A stretch of DNA of 64,000 nt, taken from NCBI GenBank assembly GCA_965223335.1, contig OZ244991.1:288001-352000 (forward strand), written 5' to 3'. Made by a program: the position numbers and the translations under genes. Under the pieces are notes generated by a model, which saw only the letters and a program-made list of their open reading frames with translations, was not told where the DNA came from and ran no database searches. Below are positions 30,805-42,780 of this stretch, piece by piece (position 1 is the first letter of the stretch; the number at the start of each line of letters is the position of its first letter). This stretch comes from Thermodesulfobacteriota bacterium (GTDB lineage Bacteria; Desulfobacterota_D; UBA1144; Nemesobacterales; UBA2774).

Positions 30805-33800
30805 TTACTTTTTTTTCTTTTTGGTTGAGCTGTCTTTTTTAGCTATCAAGCGTTTTAATGCAACGAGATCCGGATCAAGCAGGTCCTTCACACGGTCGGC
30901 ATTAATATACGCTACAATTATGTGACCGATCTCCGTATTGACCTCGCCATAGATACCAAGCGCCTTCATACCTTTTGTCTGTACCTGGTTATCCTCAGTC
31001 GGGCTTACATAATGAACTGAGACGGCTTTGTATCTGTTAATAAGATACAGGTGGATCAATGTCATCAAGCGTTTTTTTCTGTACTTCTTGTCAAATGTAT
31101 TCTGGTCCCTTATAGACACAATGTTGTTGTCCATACGGTCCTGGATACGGGTAAAGATAACATCTGCAACCTTATTATTCTTGTTCCAAACGTTTATTTC
31201 CATAAGGTCAGAACCTGCAACATGCGGTCTTAGCTCCACGGTGAGTTTGCCTTTGATCTTGTAATGATTGGCCCAAATCTGGAGCCACTGCTCTAGCAGT
31301 TTTGGCGGAACCTCGGTCTGTACTAGGTGCTGATACTGGGTAGAGCCCTTGCCCATGGCTTTCGTAGTAGCGGTCCTTCCGGATGTTGCTGTGAGAGCAC
31401 CGTCCAAACGCGGGCCGCCGACATGGGTCTGAGGGGTTTTGTACGGAGAATCCAGCAGTCTTAGTTTTCTCTGAAGCCTTGCAAGTGCCAGCATACCGTT
31501 TCGGTTAAGTGCCGTAGCAAATTCCTCTGCTGCCAGTCCATCGATCTGGTGACCGCCGTAGGTGATAAAGTTAAACACAAACCCAAGTTTTCCTATCTCT
31601 TTTGGGAACCTTCTCATCTCTTCATCGCTCATCCCAGTGGTATCCCAGTTAAATGACGGTGAGAGGTTATAGGCAAGCATCTGATCCGGATACACGGCGT
31701 GAACTGCCTCGGCAAACTCCCTTGCATCCTCGAGGTCAGCAGTCTTAGTTTCCATCCATAGCAGGTCGGCGTATGGTGCAACTGCCAGAGACTTCGCTAT
31801 GGCATATTCAATGCCGCCTTTTACCTGATAGTAGCCCTCGGGGGTCCTTGAAAGCTCACAGTCCCACATGGCATCGATGCCCATCGACCTTGCTCTCTCG
31901 CGCGCCTCATGGAAAGAGACCTGCTTCGAGTACTGGAACCACTCATCAACCGTCATATCGAGTTTTCTTCCCTCTTCAATATCAAACTCCATAAGCTCAG
32001 CTACGGCCTCGCTATAGGTCTTAAGACCCGACTCTACTTCCCAAGTCTCTACAAACTTCGTTACAACATCATCAAGTGTTTTTTCTATGTTCGGTTTAGT
32101 CTCGTGTTTCAAAGACTTTACCTTCTCGTCTATATACGCGAGCAACCCTACACTGTCTAGCCACTCGTAAGCGGCCTCGTACTCGAGGTCCGATATTTTA
32201 TAGAGCATATGCCCGTTTATATCGTCTATGCCCTTGTCATAGAACCTGCGTAGGATACCCAAGTAGCAGTTCTTGTACCCGGGCACTTTAATATCGGTAG
32301 CACCCAGAATAAATGGGTGGTCACGCTCGTCACCACGACCGTCTAGTAAAGTAGCAGCCTCGGCATCAGTCCTGGCAACGATTATCCCCGGCACCTCCAT
32401 TATATCCAGTTGGAAACGCGCGGCGTTAAGCCTTTTAATCTGCTCATCCACTGGCACAAGCACCTTACCACCCTGGTGACCACATTTCTTGGTACCGGGT
32501 TTCTGATCCTCTATGTGATAGCCCGTAACTCCCACCTCTACAAACCTGCGTATCAGGTTTCTCACATGGGCATCACCACCATGACCTGTGTCGGCATCGG
32601 CTATGATAAACGGCCTGTAATCCACCTTGGGTGTTTCTTTGCGCTCCTTCTCTGTCATTCTTGACCGTGCAAACTGCTGGTTTTTATCGGCTGTTAAGAG
32701 CGCCCTGACCAGCACCGCAGCCTCGTCAGGCACCTGGCTTAGCGGATAACTTGCCAGGTCAGGCCCCTGATCCTCAGTTACCGAACCCTTAGCCGAGGTT
32801 GCCCAGCCCCCGAGATATATACCTTCGATTCCCATCTGCTTCATCATGATTACCTGTCCGGGGGAGTAGGGTCCGAATGTCGTAATCTGTTCTTTTTTGT
32901 TGAAAAGTTCTCTAAGCCTGCTATAAAATGCGCGTGCCGCATTCTTAGCAATCGAGTAGTCTCTGTGGATCGTACCCCTTTGTTCCACTACCTGTCGCGC
33001 GGAATAGAGGCGCTTTATGCCATTAAACCTGGGGCTGGCAAACCACTTTTTGGTATCTATTATGTCATCGGCAAATTGATCTTGTTCCGTTCCATCTGTG
33101 GCTTCACTAATTACAGACAGCGCTGTAGAAGATACAAAATCCAGATTTTCCGTAATCCTAGTTCCGTCTTTTTTAAACGCGTCCATATACAGGTGTATGC
33201 GTTCTTTGGCTTTTTCAATATCATGGTTATTAAGGTTGATGTTGAGCAGATCTATATACCACGGCACCTTAACGTCATCCAGTACATATGTTTCTACTAT
33301 CTCCCTTGCTATCGGGACCGTTGTACCCTTGGAGTCGTCATGTACGTCTTTGTCCTTCGCTTTTAGCAGTTTTACAAACTCCTCTGCAAGAAGTCTCTCA
33401 AAAATCTCCACTGTAAACACACTACCTGCCTTAAGCCCTGTCTCAGCATCAGGTTCGTTAATCTTTGCTTTTTTATGAATCCATTCCCACAAGATACTTA
33501 GCCTGATCTCCCCTGTGGCCATATCCTCCATTAGGTAGAGAATATCGTCATTGCCAAAGAAATCGGCTGGTTTAAGAGCTGCTGCCTGGAATCCCTGTCC
33601 AAACGCGTTACCGTACTGAAGCCCTACACTTATCAGGTTCCTCGCTCCTCTAATTGTCCTTGGGGCTTTCTCCAGAAGGGTAAGGCCGTCTGCGTCTTTT
33701 TTGGTGTAGGAAAGGCGCGGGAATTTTCTGCCCAATTGGTTGTCATCCCCTTTCTTTTCCCACACAGGCCTAATAATATGTACCATCTTCCAGTGTGCTA

Positions 33801-35049
33801 CCCATTTCCCGCTTGCACCCTCCTTCTGCTCGCGGACTGCACCGGCCACAGCCTTTTTCATGCCACTCTCAACACCCTCTGGTGATCCCACTGGGATATT
33901 GGGCTCCATCCCACCCTGCCAAAGGGCAAAGTTGCCGTTAACATCGGGAGTGTTTACGGCTCTGCGCACACGGTCCTCATAAATTCTCATATATCCGTAG
34001 GTCATTGTAATAGATTCGATATTGGGATTGATAAATTTCTTATCCCATGCCATAGCATCGGAAACACTGTTTATATAGTCCCACCTGCCTGTGTTAAACC
34101 CGACGAAATGCTTGCCGAGCACAGCACGTATCTCCATCAGCTGGAAAGTAGCCTCGAGCTGCTCGATCAATACATAGACCTTGATGGTGCCGATAGGCAA
34201 TCCCAAAAACTCCTCGAGTGCCGACATTATATCGTTCCAGAGTGCCGCCTCTTCAGCTGTCTGGATCTTGGGTAAATAGAGCACTATAGAAGAGCCTGAT
34301 TTCTGTAATTTCTTATAGTTATTAACTACATAAAGTGCCAGGTCTACAATTGATGCCGACAGTGCCACACCGTTTTGGTCTCGTACATGACGGTCGTCCA
34401 GGTGAAGACCCCTAGCGCGGAATATCTTGGTAGTGAAATCGAGCTGTTTTTTCCAATTCCTAATAATCTTATGACCGAAGAATCCCTCGGCCCATTTGTT
34501 CATCTCCTTGGCAACCTGGTTGGCAACCTTCAAGAACAGCGGGTCTTTATCAATAGCGAGTTTTAGGTTGCGCTGGTTATCGAGTGACATTGATGTGATC
34601 TGCCCCAGAGCATCCTCACCGTCAAACATCCACCCATCAGCACCCGACAATAGCGCATAGGCTACGTTTCTTATACTTTTATCTGTAGGGGAGTTGGGTT
34701 TTGCTGCGGGTCCTGTTCCCTGTACCCACTGCCGCTTGAGGTCTTTTGGGATCTCCCCACCCTCGAATTTCCCCTCTCTTGCATCCTTAACCTTGATGTT
34801 TGTACGAGGGATATACTCATTGGGGTCTAGGAACTCGATCCTCTGTTTGTTGCGAAACCTCTGTGACCTTCTCTCTATTCTTTTAGCCATCAGCATTTTC
34901 TGGTCGTCGTTAAATCTAGACAGATATGCCAGTGCGCTTAGTACTTCCGGTGTAAATACATCAGGATACTTTTTCTCAAGATCATCCCTGATCTCAAGCC
35001 TTCCTAACCCATATCTATTTTGAAAATTTATTTTGTGAACAGTGCCCAT
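30805..35049 (-). CDS. aceB-aceA: Bifunctional malate synthase - isocitrate lyase fusion (ICL2-type with C-terminal extension)
   Basis: MS motifs DGEDA, YLPK, NTGRWDY and [13 protein letters not shown] motifs [27 protein letters not shown] and [10 protein letters not shown]. Confidence 0.95.
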   Translation of the reverse strand: MGTVHKINFQNRYGLGRLEIRDDLEKKYPDVFTPEVLSALAYLSRFNDDQKMLMAKRIERRSQRFRNKQRIEFLDPNEYIPRTNIKVKDAREGKFEGGEIPKDLKRQWVQGTGPAAKPNSPTDKSIRNVAYALLSGADGWMFDGEDALGQITSMSLDNQRNLKLAIDKDPLFLKVANQVAKEMNKWAEGFFGHKIIRNWKKQLDFTTKIFRARGLHLDDRHVRDQNGVALSASIVDLALYVVNNYKKLQKSGSSIVLYLPKIQTAEEAALWNDIMSALEEFLGLPIGTIKVYVLIEQLEATFQLMEIRAVLGKHFVGFNTGRWDYINSVSDAMAWDKKFINPNIESITMTYGYMRIYEDRVRRAVNTPDVNGNFALWQGGMEPNIPVGSPEGVESGMKKAVAGAVREQKEGASGKWVAHWKMVHIIRPVWEKKGDDNQLGRKFPRLSYTKKDADGLTLLEKAPRTIRGARNLISVGLQYGNAFGQGFQAAALKPADFFGNDDILYLMEDMATGEIRLSILWEWIHKKAKINEPDAETGLKAGSVFTVEIFERLLAEEFVKLLKAKDKDVHDDSKGTTVPIAREIVETYVLDDVKVPWYIDLLNINLNNHDIEKAKERIHLYMDAFKKDGTRITENLDFVSSTALSVISEATDGTEQDQFADDIIDTKKWFASPRFNGIKRLYSARQVVEQRGTIHRDYSIAKNAARAFYSRLRELFNKKEQITTFGPYSPGQVIMMKQMGIEGIYLGGWATSAKGSVTEDQGPDLASYPLSQVPDEAAVLVRALLTADKNQQFARSRMTEKERKETPKVDYRPFIIADADTGHGGDAHVRNLIRRFVEVGVTGYHIEDQKPGTKKCGHQGGKVLVPVDEQIKRLNAARFQLDIMEVPGIIVARTDAEAATLLDGRGDERDHPFILGATDIKVPGYKNCYLGILRRFYDKGIDDINGHMLYKISDLEYEAAYEWLDSVGLLAYIDEKVKSLKHETKPNIEKTLDDVVTKFVETWEVESGLKTYSEAVAELMEFDIEEGRKLDMTVDEWFQYSKQVSFHEARERARSMGIDAMWDCELSRTPEGYYQVKGGIEYAIAKSLAVAPYADLLWMETKTADLEDAREFAEAVHAVYPDQMLAYNLSPSFNWDTTGMSDEEMRRFPKEIGKLGFVFNFITYGGHQIDGLAAEEFATALNRNGMLALARLQRKLRLLDSPYKTPQTHVGGPRLDGALTATSGRTATTKAMGKGSTQYQHLVQTEVPPKLLEQWLQIWANHYKIKGKLTVELRPHVAGSDLMEINVWNKNNKVADVIFTRIQDRMDNNIVSIRDQNTFDKKYRKKRLMTLIHLYLINRYKAVSVHYVSPTEDNQVQTKGMKALGIYGEVNTEIGHIIVAYINADRVKDLLDPDLVALKRLIAKKDSSTKKKKK

Positions 35050-35323
35050 AACTCCCGTTTCTCCTTCTTCATGTGTTTGAAATGAGCTCTTAACAGAGCT
35101 TTAAAATAAGGTCTATCATTATAATATGAGACAGAACAAAATCAACTAAATGTATTAATTTGTATTGATTTCTTAATATTCATCACTTAAATCGAGTGTT
35201 CCCGCAGACCAAGCAACTAATTTTAATCGCCAAATTAGAAGATGGGAGTTTAACTAGAAAACCTATTACGAAAATCTAAGGAATCAATTATGGGGAGAGG
35301 CGGTTTATGAATGTTTAGATATA

Positions 35324-36127
35324 TCAGGCAATACCGTTTTTTATAGCAAATTTCACAAGGTCTACCAGGTTATGAATATCAAGTTTACGCATGATATTAG
35401 AGCGGTGTGTCTCAACTGTTTTAATGCTTATAGTAAGCTCCTCGGCAATTACTCTATTGCTTTTGCCGTTTACGATCCGGCTCAATATACTCTTTTCATT
35501 GTTGGTAAGCGTATCGTATTTGGATGTGTCTTGTTCGAGTGATCCTATTACGTTTTCCGGGCTCTTATAAAAGGGGCTATCAAATATCCTGTTTTGTTTA
35601 ATTATCTTTGGATGAGTCTCGAATATATCCAGCAAATCTAGAGAGCTTATTTTCGGTGCCTCGTACTGACTCATTACTATCAACGGTTTTTCATTGCAAG
35701 CTTTGTTAAGCAGGGCGTTTTTCCTAAGCTTTTCACTACCTGCAAATATGGGAGATAATCCCTTATGCAACATCAAAATCCTAAGCAACCCACTTTGTTT
35801 CCCGAGTACCTTCTCTACCTTATTATTAATAAAATCAATAAAAGCATCGGCGTCGCGAGTATTATCTGACTTGTCACTTATCAAGATTCTTTCGAAACAC
35901 TTTTGCTGACTTGAGCTTTTTAGGTTTACGCCACCACTCTCCAAGCGCTCTATGAACTGGTCCGGGATCACACGGTCAGAGACATATAGACAGTGCTGCT
36001 TTTTCTTTAGCCCGTGCAAAACAAACTGAGCCCCCACTTCCTCGCATTCCGAATCGTTAAAATACAGGTGTGCCAGATGCTCTGATTCGTGCATAGACTG
36101 CATATGTAAAAAGATAGAGTTGCTCAT
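35324..36127 (-). CDS. MEDS-domain LuxR-family transcriptional regulator
   Basis: N-terminal HLAHLY...F...GL...CLYV...ETHP (MEDS-like); C-terminal GKSNRVIAEELTISIKTVETHRSNIMRKL. Confidence 0.85.
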   Translation of the reverse strand: MSNSIFLHMQSMHESEHLAHLYFNDSECEEVGAQFVLHGLKKKQHCLYVSDRVIPDQFIERLESGGVNLKSSSQQKCFERILISDKSDNTRDADAFIDFINNKVEKVLGKQSGLLRILMLHKGLSPIFAGSEKLRKNALLNKACNEKPLIVMSQYEAPKISSLDLLDIFETHPKIIKQNRIFDSPFYKSPENVIGSLEQDTSKYDTLTNNEKSILSRIVNGKSNRVIAEELTISIKTVETHRSNIMRKLDIHNLVDLVKFAIKNGIA

Positions 36128-36138
36128 ATCCGTAGGTT

Positions 36139-36681
36139 TTAAAACTCCTCGATAATCTCTTTTATGATACTCGCCGCATTTTTAATCACATTTATCTTGC
36201 GTATCGTCTCTTGCGAGTGTTTCTCAGTGCCCTCCTCAAGCAGTAGTTCCGTGCTCCCTATGATTGTAGCAAGTGCGTTTTCGGTATCCGAAATAAGCTT
36301 TCGCTCAATTTCGTTTTTATACAGAGCGATCTCGATACTTGTGGAGAGGTCTTTCTCCTCAAAAGGCTTTAGTATATAGCCGTAGGGTTTTGTTTTCTTT
36401 GCACGGGTAAGCACCTCGGGGTTAGAATAAGCCGTGAGATAAAGCACAGGGATGTTGAACATGGATTTAATCTCGCCCGCGGCCGTTACCCCATCCATCT
36501 TACCCCCAAGCATTATGTCCATAAGTACAAGGTCGGGTTTATGTTCCCGGGCCTTCTCAACAGCAGCCTCACCTGTGGAAACTATAATGGGCTTTTTGTA
36601 ACCAAGCCCCAAAAGCGTGTCCTCAAGGTCCCTGGCTACTATCAATTCGTCTTCTACTATTAAAATAAGCACGTCCGACAC
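36139..36681 (-). CDS. Response regulator receiver with short helical tail
   Basis: ILIVEDE, DLVLMDI, YLTAY and YILKPF motifs. Confidence 0.92.
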   Translation of the reverse strand: MSDVLILIVEDELIVARDLEDTLLGLGYKKPIIVSTGEAAVEKAREHKPDLVLMDIMLGGKMDGVTAAGEIKSMFNIPVLYLTAYSNPEVLTRAKKTKPYGYILKPFEEKDLSTSIEIALYKNEIERKLISDTENALATIIGSTELLLEEGTEKHSQETIRKINVIKNAASIIKEIIEEF

Positions 36682-36704
36682 TCTATTTTCTCCTAACTCC
36701 CATT

Positions 36705-38213
36705 TTATCGGGGGAATGTAATTTCAAAACAGGTTTTTTCACCCGTCTCCATTTTTACTTCCCCACCCAGCTGCGCAGTAAGGTCGGCAACCAGTCGTAA
36801 ACCCAGTGTTTCTGAGTTCTCAAGGTCAATATTCTTGACAAAAGATTTACCGTCATTGCCAATCCTCAAACAAAAGGCTGTCTCATCCCTTTCAAACTCT
36901 ATATTTATGTTCCCTTCCCCACCCTCTGGGAAACCGTGCTGGATGGCATTCGACACAATTTCGTTAATCAATAATGCGCATGGTATAGCAGAGTTGATAT
37001 CCAAAAGCACTCCCTCGGATCTGATGTGCAGACTTATATTGTCTGACAAGGGTGAGTATGACCTAATTAGGTCACGGGCCATTTTCTTTATATAGTGCGA
37101 GAAATCAATCCTCGACATGTCTTCCGAGCGATAGAGCAGTTCGTGGAGCATGGCTATGGACTTAATCCTGTTTTGAATATCCTCGCACATCTGGTTAACC
37201 TCGGGGTTACTCATCTTTCTCGACTGCAACTTAAGCAGACTCATTACGATCTGTAAATTATTTTTTACCCTGTGATGCACCTCTCGGAGCAACACCTCTT
37301 TCTCTTTTAGCGACGCAGTTGTCTTCTCTTCGGCCCTCTTACGCTCCGAGACCTCATGCATAAGCATGGCATTGGATTTCACAAGCTCCACGGTACGTGC
37401 GTACACGCGTTCCTCCAGCTCCTCTCTAGCCTCCTGGAGTTCGGCCTGCGACTTCTTGATGGCCTCGGTCTGCCTTACATTGCTAAGCGCAACCTCGATC
37501 TGCTGTACTGCAAGCTCAACGAGATCCACGTCGACCTCACTAAATGCGTATTTCTCGTGTGACTGTATTTGGATACAGCCTTCGACCATGCTCTTGCTAA
37601 ACAAGGGGACCGATATGTAACTCTTTACCCCTATAGTTTTCTCCAGGTTCTCCGAAGACGGGTCAAGGTCTGTGTCGGGCACACTCCGTGCGGCGCCCTC
37701 GTTGATCGTTAACCATGCCGAGCCTTCGGGGTATGGCAGTCTATTTAGCTTGCTGATCTCGGTTTCTTCGTACCCGTAGCTACCTTTTAGCAAGAGATCA
37801 TTGTGGTGTCTGAGATAGATTAATATCTTCTCGGCGTTAGACATATATTTGCTTATGGTTTCGACAGAGTTAATAAAAACACTCTGTAATTGGCTTGAGG
37901 AATGCACGCTCTTTGCAATCGCTCGTATAATTTCCCCATAATCTCTATTTGTATCTCCCTTTAGGGGTTTTGTCTTGGTTTTATGCCCCACCGGTTCACC
38001 CTGAGTACTCTGAAGCTCATCAATCAACATCTCTCTCTCATGGATCATGTCCTCGAGCTTTTTGCATTTTTTCTCTAATTCCTCGTATTTGGAAAAGAGA
38101 TCTTCATTCGTGTCGTCTACAGAGACCGACCCGGTGCTCGATTCCACATTTAACCCCTTTTCTTTTCTACTCATATGATCCATTTTATAAGAGCTTTGTG
38201 TTTTTAATGACAT
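36705..38213 (-). CDS. Cytoplasmic GAF-domain histidine kinase (HisKA_2 type)
   Basis: [12 protein letters not shown]-box, [14 protein letters not shown] and LGL boxes; GAF-like region upstream. Confidence 0.92.
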   Translation of the reverse strand: MSLKTQSSYKMDHMSRKEKGLNVESSTGSVSVDDTNEDLFSKYEELEKKCKKLEDMIHEREMLIDELQSTQGEPVGHKTKTKPLKGDTNRDYGEIIRAIAKSVHSSSQLQSVFINSVETISKYMSNAEKILIYLRHHNDLLLKGSYGYEETEISKLNRLPYPEGSAWLTINEGAARSVPDTDLDPSSENLEKTIGVKSYISVPLFSKSMVEGCIQIQSHEKYAFSEVDVDLVELAVQQIEVALSNVRQTEAIKKSQAELQEAREELEERVYARTVELVKSNAMLMHEVSERKRAEEKTTASLKEKEVLLREVHHRVKNNLQIVMSLLKLQSRKMSNPEVNQMCEDIQNRIKSIAMLHELLYRSEDMSRIDFSHYIKKMARDLIRSYSPLSDNISLHIRSEGVLLDINSAIPCALLINEIVSNAIQHGFPEGGEGNINIEFERDETAFCLRIGNDGKSFVKNIDLENSETLGLRLVADLTAQLGGEVKMETGEKTCFEITFPR

Positions 38214-38545
38214 TTAATTCCAAACCATATCTCGGTTCTTAACCACTTAGTCCCTTAGCTTGCATAATCAATAATTGAGCAACGAATATATATATTTAAT
38301 ATGTTGTAATAAAGACTTTATTTCAACATGGATAATTATAACTCCATTGCGGTATTAAAGTTATAGATTGAGAGCAATCAGAAACATACAATTCTTATAC
38401 AGAGTAACCCGCAATTAAATCGGGTGATACCCCAGTGCTGCTTTAATACAATATTTATTACTGATGGATGAGCCCGGGGATCTATAACATCTAGTAGAGG
38501 GGCACAATAAGCAATAATCGTTTGCTCATCATTTGTGGATAAAGA

Positions 38546-38581
38546 AAAGGCATGATGGATTAAAATATCCATCATGCCTTT
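38546..38581 (-). terminator. Rho-independent terminator
   Basis: AAAGGCATGATGGAT/ATCCATCATGCCTTT 15-bp stem downstream of the OMP gene. Confidence 0.75.
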
Positions 38582-38614
38582 ATTTTTATATTCGGATTTT
38601 AAATACTCTTAATA

Positions 38615-39277
38615 CTAGAACCTAAATCCTAGTCTACCACCGTATGTTCCAAAGGAACCGTTGGTTCTATCTACCCAGTTGTAGCGGCCTTCTACACCTA
38701 CAAATACCTTGTGAGTGATATTGAAATCAACTCCGCCACCGATATGTAGACCAAGCTCGGCATTACCCTGTCCTGAGGGGAACCCGTTACGCTGTAACTC
38801 ACCTGGCTGTGGAGCAATACCTCCTACGTTGTTACCAGGATGACTCTCGTTAAGAAATATGTTGAATCCAGGCCCGCCCACTAGATAAGGCTGTACAATC
38901 TTATGGGCTTCGATCTTATACTTGAGTCCCAGCAATATTGTTACCGTATCCAGGTTTACACTGGTCTGAGTCGGGAGTGCTCCCGGTACCAAGGCATTGG
39001 CAGTAGGCTGAAACGTTACCTTGTCGTCTGTGCTACCCCAACCGATACTTACAAGACCCATTACTTTACCAGGCCCCACCGGCTTAAATAGCGGTATACC
39101 TAACTCACCTGACATATAGAATCCTGTACCTGTTTTAAAAGGTCCGGTCTGCGCACCGACTGTCACTGCAAATTCGCCTCCAATAAGACCCTCCTCAGCT
39201 TTTGCGGTACTAAATGCAACTAACATAGCTACTGCAAAAACAACAGTAGCTATATACCTCGGGCTGTTTTTAAGCAT
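38615..39277 (-). CDS. Outer-membrane beta-barrel protein (OmpW/OMP_b-brl-like)
   Basis: Signal peptide, QPYLVGGPG, GGGVDF and a terminal LGFRF BAM signal. Confidence 0.85.
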   Translation of the reverse strand: MLKNSPRYIATVVFAVAMLVAFSTAKAEEGLIGGEFAVTVGAQTGPFKTGTGFYMSGELGIPLFKPVGPGKVMGLVSIGWGSTDDKVTFQPTANALVPGALPTQTSVNLDTVTILLGLKYKIEAHKIVQPYLVGGPGFNIFLNESHPGNNVGGIAPQPGELQRNGFPSGQGNAELGLHIGGGVDFNITHKVFVGVEGRYNWVDRTNGSFGTYGGRLGFRF

Positions 39278-39635
39278 ATGCTTAAACCTCCTTCATTTTT
39301 TATAGGGTTAATTAGAGGCAAGCTGAATGCCATTTGAGATATATTATTTAATATCAGGGAGTTAGCGAAGAAAATATTAGAAATCACAAAGAAATAACAA
39401 CAAATATTGTCATAAAATACGACACCAGACATAAAACAGGTTAATTTTCGTCCGAAACCTGTTGCAAACACTGTGATTAATGACGTAACTACCTGCAAAA
39501 GTATTGCTATAGATTATCAAATTAGGGACTACAGATTATAGCTTTGGGTTAGTGAGTTGGAATTAGAGATCACAGCTAAAACCAAATATTTAGGTGGTAT
39601 GGATTAATAAAACCGCTGCAGTGATTAACACAGTT

Positions 39636-40262
39636 CTATCTCTCTCTTAGATCCAGGTTATTAATCCTAAATCCTACTTCACTGCTATCCAGAAAATTGT
39701 TTACTGCATCTACAAAGGTCTCAAGCACACCGATACCTAGACTCGCACTCGATGTAAAAAATGGGAACTGTATGCCTAATTTCTCATTCAAAAACGAAGT
39801 GATATCAACTGGTATATGCCCTACCAAATCGTGCTTGTTATACTGGATCACTAAAGGATAATTCCTCATTGAGTTGCAGCAATGCTTCAAGAGAATGTCC
39901 TCTAAATCATGAAAGGCTTCTACATTCTCCTCAAGCTTCTCGGGCCTAAGATCGATTACGAACACGACTGCGTCTGCATCGGACAATACCTGCTCTCTGA
40001 TCTGTCTATAGGTTTCCTGCCCCGGGACTGAATACACCGACACTTTTAAAAGATTCTTACCTTTGGTAAAAACCTTTTTAGAGATGTGGTCGAAGAACAC
40101 AGTGCGTTCCCCCTCTTTGGTTAAAAACCCAGTGTCTATAGCCCATTTCTTGGCAAGCTCACGGACGTTTGTAGTTTTACCAACCTCGGGTGCCCCAGTA
40201 TACACCAGTTTCATATTATAAAATTTTTTGCTTCCTACCTTATGTACTTGCATTATAATCAC
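39636..40262 (-). CDS. mglA: MglA-family small GTPase
   Basis: KLVYTGAPEVGKTTN (G1), RTVFFD (G2), SVPGQ (G3) and QYNKHDL (G4). Confidence 0.85.
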   Translation of the reverse strand: MIIMQVHKVGSKKFYNMKLVYTGAPEVGKTTNVRELAKKWAIDTGFLTKEGERTVFFDHISKKVFTKGKNLLKVSVYSVPGQETYRQIREQVLSDADAVVFVIDLRPEKLEENVEAFHDLEDILLKHCCNSMRNYPLVIQYNKHDLVGHIPVDITSFLNEKLGIQFPFFTSSASLGIGVLETFVDAVNNFLDSSEVGFRINNLDLRER

Positions 40263-40282
40263 CTATGTTCAGCGATGCATAT

Positions 40283-40780
40283 TCATCCCGTCTGTAGAAT
40301 ACTCTCCTTATTTGTATTAATGTCCGTAGGCATACGATATAAGTAACAGATGACAGCAATACCGATCAACCCCATCGTAATTTGACCTATTATCATCGGG
40401 ATAAAGAATATTATTGATGTACTCATCGTAACCGTGATCAAAGCAATTGCATACAACTTTGTATTCTTAGGAATTACACCGTGTTTTCTCCAGTTGTGTA
40501 TATATGATCCGAAAATACGGTTTGTCATTAGCCAAACATAAAATCTGCGGGACGACCGCGCCCAGCACGCAGCCGTGAGCAACAAAAACGGAGTTGTGGG
40601 CAATATCGGCAAGAAAATTCCCAATAGACCTAATGCTAAACTCAGCATCCCACCGATTTGGAGCAGGACCCTGGTTACACCGCATTTTGCAAGCGCAACC
40701 TCTGCTTCGTAACACACTTGATTATCCTGGCTCTCCGCCTGTTGTGTAGTAACATCAATCAACCGCATTGTCTCTTGCAT
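40283..40780 (-). CDS. ybaN: YbaN/DUF454 inner-membrane protein
   Basis: LGIFLPILPTTPFLLL..ACWARSS.RF..WL motif. Confidence 0.92.
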   Translation of the reverse strand: MQETMRLIDVTTQQAESQDNQVCYEAEVALAKCGVTRVLLQIGGMLSLALGLLGIFLPILPTTPFLLLTAACWARSSRRFYVWLMTNRIFGSYIHNWRKHGVIPKNTKLYAIALITVTMSTSIIFFIPMIIGQITMGLIGIAVICYLYRMPTDINTNKESILQTG

Positions 40781-41742
40781 TCTCCAGTATGTGTATGTGA
40801 GAGCGTCCTTGCTTTCTTCAGAACCATTGCAAGATTAGCATCACACGGGACCAGCATACAGAGCACCGTACGCTCATCATTTCTCTGACGAATATATATA
40901 TAGATATATGATTCCGTGATACACACCATTTCTTTGAAATAATGTTCCTTCGATACAACACCGTGTGCTCTTTTCCATATTCTCTCAATCTCAGAAACTT
41001 TTTCACCCTCGAATAGGCCTATTGCAGCGCTTGTGATCACGTTAATTACCTCTACCGGGAGTTCTTGGCTAATCTTGACCGACAATAGATCAGAACTATC
41101 CAGATTAATCAAACCGCAAGCTATAACCCCAGGCACATCGTTAATACAATTTTCTACTATCGGATAAGGACTAGTACTTACAAGTGGAATAGTTTTGGAT
41201 TGAGCAAGCTCGGGTGATTCGTTGAGAGTTTGTTCGGTGCGTGACTCAACTACCACGGGCGTTTCGTTTGTAGTATTTATACCGCTGTTTTGTTTAATAA
41301 AATCTTCGTAGTGATATACGAATTTTTCCTGCGCATTAGTCTGGATGTAGCTCCTGTTGCGGCTTCGAATCTCTACTATTGCTTCTTTGGGGGTCCTACC
41401 CATAGACACGAGTGTACATGCCAGTATGGTTCCGGTGCGTCCGAGTCCCGCTTTACAGTGTACGAGCACAGGGACTCCGCAGTTTAGGTTTTTTACAATC
41501 TCGCTGCAAATCTTCTCAGCATTCCTGGGTGTTGGAATACTCATATCGCGTATTGGAAAATGCCTGACATCAAACCCATTATCCAAGTATAGCGGATCAA
41601 TTGGATCCTCAGTTAGAGTGACAATCAATTTTATTCCAATAGAGTCCAGGAACTCTATATCGTTCTCATGCACATCTATGAGACCTGGTCTCCCTGATCC
41701 GGCTAACTTTTTAGGTAGTATCCATTTGAATCCAGTAATCAT
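40759..41742 (-). CDS. Dual-specificity (CX5R) phosphatase fused to roadblock/MglB-like domain
   Basis: LAGSGRPG, FPIRD and VHCKAGLGRTG in the N-part; the C-terminal ~130 aa aligns with the 42781 gene. Confidence 0.85.
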   Translation of the reverse strand: MITGFKWILPKKLAGSGRPGLIDVHENDIEFLDSIGIKLIVTLTEDPIDPLYLDNGFDVRHFPIRDMSIPTPRNAEKICSEIVKNLNCGVPVLVHCKAGLGRTGTILACTLVSMGRTPKEAIVEIRSRNRSYIQTNAQEKFVYHYEDFIKQNSGINTTNETPVVVESRTEQTLNESPELAQSKTIPLVSTSPYPIVENCINDVPGVIACGLINLDSSDLLSVKISQELPVEVINVITSAAIGLFEGEKVSEIERIWKRAHGVVSKEHYFKEMVCITESYIYIYIRQRNDERTVLCMLVPCDANLAMVLKKARTLSHTHTGECKRQCG

Positions 41743-41768
41743 ATCGTTGTCCTTCGTCTATTTTATGC

Positions 41769-42563
41769 TCACGAACCCATTCTCACATAATACTTTGCTC
41801 TGGGGTGTGAGGGATTAGTAAAGAATTTATCGGCACTTGCAGCTTCGATTATCTCTCCATCTACTATAAGAACAACAAAGTCAGCTACTGATTTGCTAAA
41901 CTCAAGATTGTGCGTTGATAAAATAATAGTTTTTTTACCTCGAATATCGTTTAATTTCGTTATTATCCACTCCATATGCTCTTCCCAAAGATTAGTATCG
42001 GGTTCATCGAGAACGAGATAGGAAGATCTATTACTAACCGCAATTGTAAATAACGCTAATCTCTTCACATACTCCGGTAGCAACTCTAACGGTGTCTCGA
42101 GATCCGTTAAAGTTAAAAGAATCCGAGCCGCTTCCGGAACACACGTCCATGTGCGCTTGATTTTTTGTTTTATGTCACGTGTAGTGGGCCAACTTCTACT
42201 AAACAAATGATAAAGCGAAGCTTTTCCTAAATTATGTTTTTGAGTTAAGTATGATGGCTTACTATTTGGTAAAACTAGCATTCCCTTTCTAAACAGTTTA
42301 TTGTTATCGTCATTGCTTTTTTCACATTCGATTTTTTTCTTATTATTATTTTCACGAAAATGGCAATCTTCGATTTCACAGTCTACAGCATCACATTGCC
42401 CGGCTAGTACTTTGAGCAAAGTGCTTTTACCGGCTTTACACAGACCCATCAAAACCGTTGTTTTCTTTTCGGGGAAATCAAATGAGAGGTCCTCAAATAT
42501 ATCGAATTGTCCATAACCAATTTTCACGTTACGTGCTGTTATCATTGTATTATTCCATCCCAT
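41769..42563 (-). CDS. ABC-type ATPase with degenerate signature motif
   Basis: Walker A GLCKAGKST, Walker B YLVLDEP, H-loop STHN and PstB-like tail FFTNP; no LSGGQ. Confidence 0.8.
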   Translation of the reverse strand: MGWNNTMITARNVKIGYGQFDIFEDLSFDFPEKKTTVLMGLCKAGKSTLLKVLAGQCDAVDCEIEDCHFRENNNKKKIECEKSNDDNNKLFRKGMLVLPNSKPSYLTQKHNLGKASLYHLFSRSWPTTRDIKQKIKRTWTCVPEAARILLTLTDLETPLELLPEYVKRLALFTIAVSNRSSYLVLDEPDTNLWEEHMEWIITKLNDIRGKKTIILSTHNLEFSKSVADFVVLIVDGEIIEAASADKFFTNPSHPRAKYYVRMGS

Positions 42564-42780
42564 TCGTCATATATCTTATATGCAACATCCCTATTCCAAT
42601 TCTGCCCATTCCCCAGATCAGGCATTATCAGTTCTCTTAATTCCAGTAAAAATGTTTTGTATTTAGGGCATTAAACCTTCTCAGCAACGCCGAGAATGAT
42701 GTGATTTAATGCCCGTGTAGTCAATTTACTGGTTAGCTAAGAGAAACAACAAAAAAACTATAGCTAACACATCATAGGCA

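Noticed and set aside
31028..35023. Plus-strand ORFs inside the MS-ICL gene (and similar ones inside fumC, nuoF and ndh)
   Set aside because: Antisense shadows of well-supported genes.
41769..42563. Phosphate transporter pstB
   Set aside because: The tail is PstB-like, but the ABC signature is lost and there are no pstSCA genes nearby.
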